Both the position numbers and the translations under genes were made by a program. This document shows, in pieces, positions 61,723-64,000 of a stretch of DNA of 64,000 bases. The notes below the pieces were generated by a model. It did no database searches. It saw nothing but the letters and a program-made list of their open reading frames with translations, and was not told the DNA's origin. How positions within the stretch are numbered: position 1 is the stretch's first letter; the number at the start of each line of letters is the position of its first letter. This stretch comes from Candidatus Latescibacterota bacterium (GTDB lineage Bacteria > Latescibacterota > UBA2968), in NCBI GenBank assembly GCA_965198115.1, contig OZ240241.1:4736001-4800000 (forward strand). The letters are read 5' to 3'.

Positions 61723-64000
61723 GTGTATCGTCTCAGGAATAACTATAAAAATTCGTGATACAGTCGTAAGGTTCCTCAGGCACTCATTGTGAGGAGGAAC
61801 CGATGGCAAGAGGTCGTCCGTTACAACCACTGAACATCAGTGATGAAGTCCGCGATCAACTCCAGTCGTTGTCCGGTTCGCGCAGCATGCCTCACGCTCT
61901 GGTGCGTCGGGCGAAGATCGTCCTGCTGAGCGATGGTGGTCTGACCAATCAGGAGATCGCCGAACGAGTCGGGTTGTCCAGAGCGTCTGTCGGCAAATGG
62001 CGCCGTCGCTTCTGCGAGCAAGGCTTGATGGGACTGTATGACGAGTTACGTCCTGGTGGTCCGCGGTCCGTTAGCGACGAAGAGATCTCCTCACTCATCT
62101 ACAAGACGCTCAAGAAGAAGCCGAAGAGTGCCACCCACTGGACCTGTCGAGCGATGGCCGATGAGACGGGCCTCTCAAAGTCCACAGTGCAACGTGTATG
62201 GAGAGCCTTTGGACTGCAGCCGCATCGTCAGAAGCACTTCAAGCTGTCGAACGATCCCTTCTTCGTCGAGACAGTCAGGGATATCGTCGGTTTATACCTG
62301 AACCCGCCGGACAACGCAATGGTGCTCTGCATAGACGAGAAGAGCCAGATTCAAGCACTCGAACGGACGCAACCGATTCTCCCTTTGGGCCTCGGGTATG
62401 TCGAGGGCGTCACTCACAGCTATACACGGCACGACTACCCTCTTTGCGGCGCTCAACATCGCATCAGGAAAAGTCCTGACTCAGTGCAAGCCCAGACATC
62501 GCAACAGAGAGTTCCTTCAGTTCCTCAAGCACATTGACAAAAACGTCCCGAAGGATCTCGACATCCATCTGGTCGTCGATAACTACGGCACTCACAAGCA
62601 CCAGAACGTCAAAGAGCTATAATCAAAAGGTGTGGAAAAAGAGAAAGGGCGACCCTACCCTTCCCGTGAGATAGTTGATTCACACAAAACCGGGTGAGAG
62701 GCCCGGTTGGGAAGGAGGATCGCCGTGAAGGAACATACGCATAGAGCCCCATTGAAGTCCATGCCGACGTGGGAGACGGTTGACGATTGGATCCGTGAAG
62801 AGATCCAGGGCCGGTTCCAGTCCATTCTGGAGGAGGAGGCGACCGCGTTCTTGGGCCGGTCGTGGTATGAGCGCCGAGCCGAGGTCGATAGCTCCAGGGG
62901 CTACAGGAACGGCTACGGCAAGCCCCGGCGTCTCTCGACGAGCTGCGGAACGATCAAGGTCCGGCGTCCCCGGGTTCGTGGTCTGGAAGAGCGGTTTGAA
63001 AGCCGCATCCTCCCCCTGTTCGCCCGGAGAACCAGGGCCATTGGAGATCTGCTTCCCGACCTTTATCTCCACGGTCTCTCCCAGGGCGACTTCGAGTTGT
63101 CTTTGCGTGCGCTGCTCGGTGATGGCGCGCCGCTTTCGCCGACCTCGATCGCTCGTCTTCGAGGGAAGTGGGAGGTCGACTTCCAGGACTGGAAAGAAAG
63201 GCGTCTGGATAATCGCGAACTGGTCTACGCCTGGGCTGATGGCATCTACGTCAAAGCCGGGCTCGAGCGCGAGAAGGCGTGTCTGCTGGTCGTGATCGGC
63301 GCGATGAGCGACGGCAGCAAGGAGATCCTGGCGATAGAACCCGGTTATCGAGAGTCTACAGAATCCTGGCTCACGGTGCTCCGGGATCTCCGGGATCGCG
63401 GGCTCGAACATCCTGTCCTGATCGCCGCGGACGGGAATATGGGCATCTGGGCGGCCGTTGATCAGGTCTGGCCAGAGAGCCGGCAACAACGGTGCTGGAA
63501 CCACAAGATCCTCAACGTGCTCGACAAGGTCGCCAAGCGTGCACAGGCTGAAGCCCGCGCACTGCTCGTCCAGATCCCCTATGCCGGCACGAAAAAGGAG
63601 GCCGAGAAGCTCCGGAAACGCTTTGCCGCACGGTATCGCTCACAGTTCCCTGCCGCCGTGGAGACGCTCGAAAGAGACTGGGATCGGATGGTCACGTTCT
63701 ACGACTTCCGAAGGAACACTGGAAACACCTGAGAACCACGAACGTCGTCGAGAGCCCCTTTGCTTCCGTTCGGCTTCGCACAAACGCCGCCAGGCGATTC
63801 AAGAAAGTCAGGAACGCCACGACTCTCATCTGGCGTACGCTCAAGGTCGCAGAGAGCCGATTCAGGAAACTCACCGCGCCACACTTGCTACAACAAGTCT
63901 ACGATCAGAAACACTCAACCGAACCGCAGGTCGAAGCCGGGAAGATGGCCGCCTGATTTCTTTTACACACCTATTGACCTGAACTCATCTGGTTCGGCAT
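61723..64000 (+). mobile_element. IS630 type B, second copy, interrupted by IS256 at 62613/63987; runs off the window
   Basis: 61723-62613 nearly identical to reverse complement of the 50485-51645 element; last 14 bases ATCTGGTTCGGCAT match its interior. Confidence 0.9.
62614..63986 (+). mobile_element. IS256-family insertion sequence, copy 2 (transposase 62707..63956 with 1-bp indel near 63708)
   Basis: Near-identical inverted copy of 60346-61719. Confidence 0.9.

Noticed and set aside
60346-63986. Cargo-carrying composite transposon
   Set aside because: The enclosed DNA is only an IS630 fragment and the outer flanks share no target duplication.
1-64000. CRISPR array, tRNA, rRNA, reverse transcriptase/DGR or prophage
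   Set aside because: No regularly spaced repeat-spacer array, cloverleaf, rRNA, RT motif or phage structural cluster recognised by eye.

Overview
GC-rich bacterial chromosomal segment. Gene content (PhyH/TauD dioxygenases, sulfatases, CehA/McbA metallohydrolases, Gfo/Idh/MocA, aldo-keto reductases, a giant FN3 protein with a C-terminal dockerin/EF-hand-like tag) resembles marine Latescibacterota-type heterotrophs; this is inference, not a classification. Roughly 15 genes are split by isolated indels, most likely long-read assembly errors. No rRNA, tRNA or CRISPR array was seen. Mobile DNA: three IS630 copies of two types, one IS200-type element, one ISAzo13 and two IS256, some nested. Most notable: (1) a translationally coupled operon of three paralogous RHH antitoxins and one PIN toxin under a palindromic operator; (2) a 547-aa selenoprotein split at an in-frame UGA (UxxC) with a SECIS-like hairpin; (3) a dispersed hairpin repeat family with covarying stems and tandem G.A pairs that nests in itself and sits in-frame inside proteins; (4) an IS200 element in codon 5 of mddA whose precise excision would restore the gene; (5) a structured leader and terminator upstream of an S74-chaperone fibre/giant FN3 protein pair.
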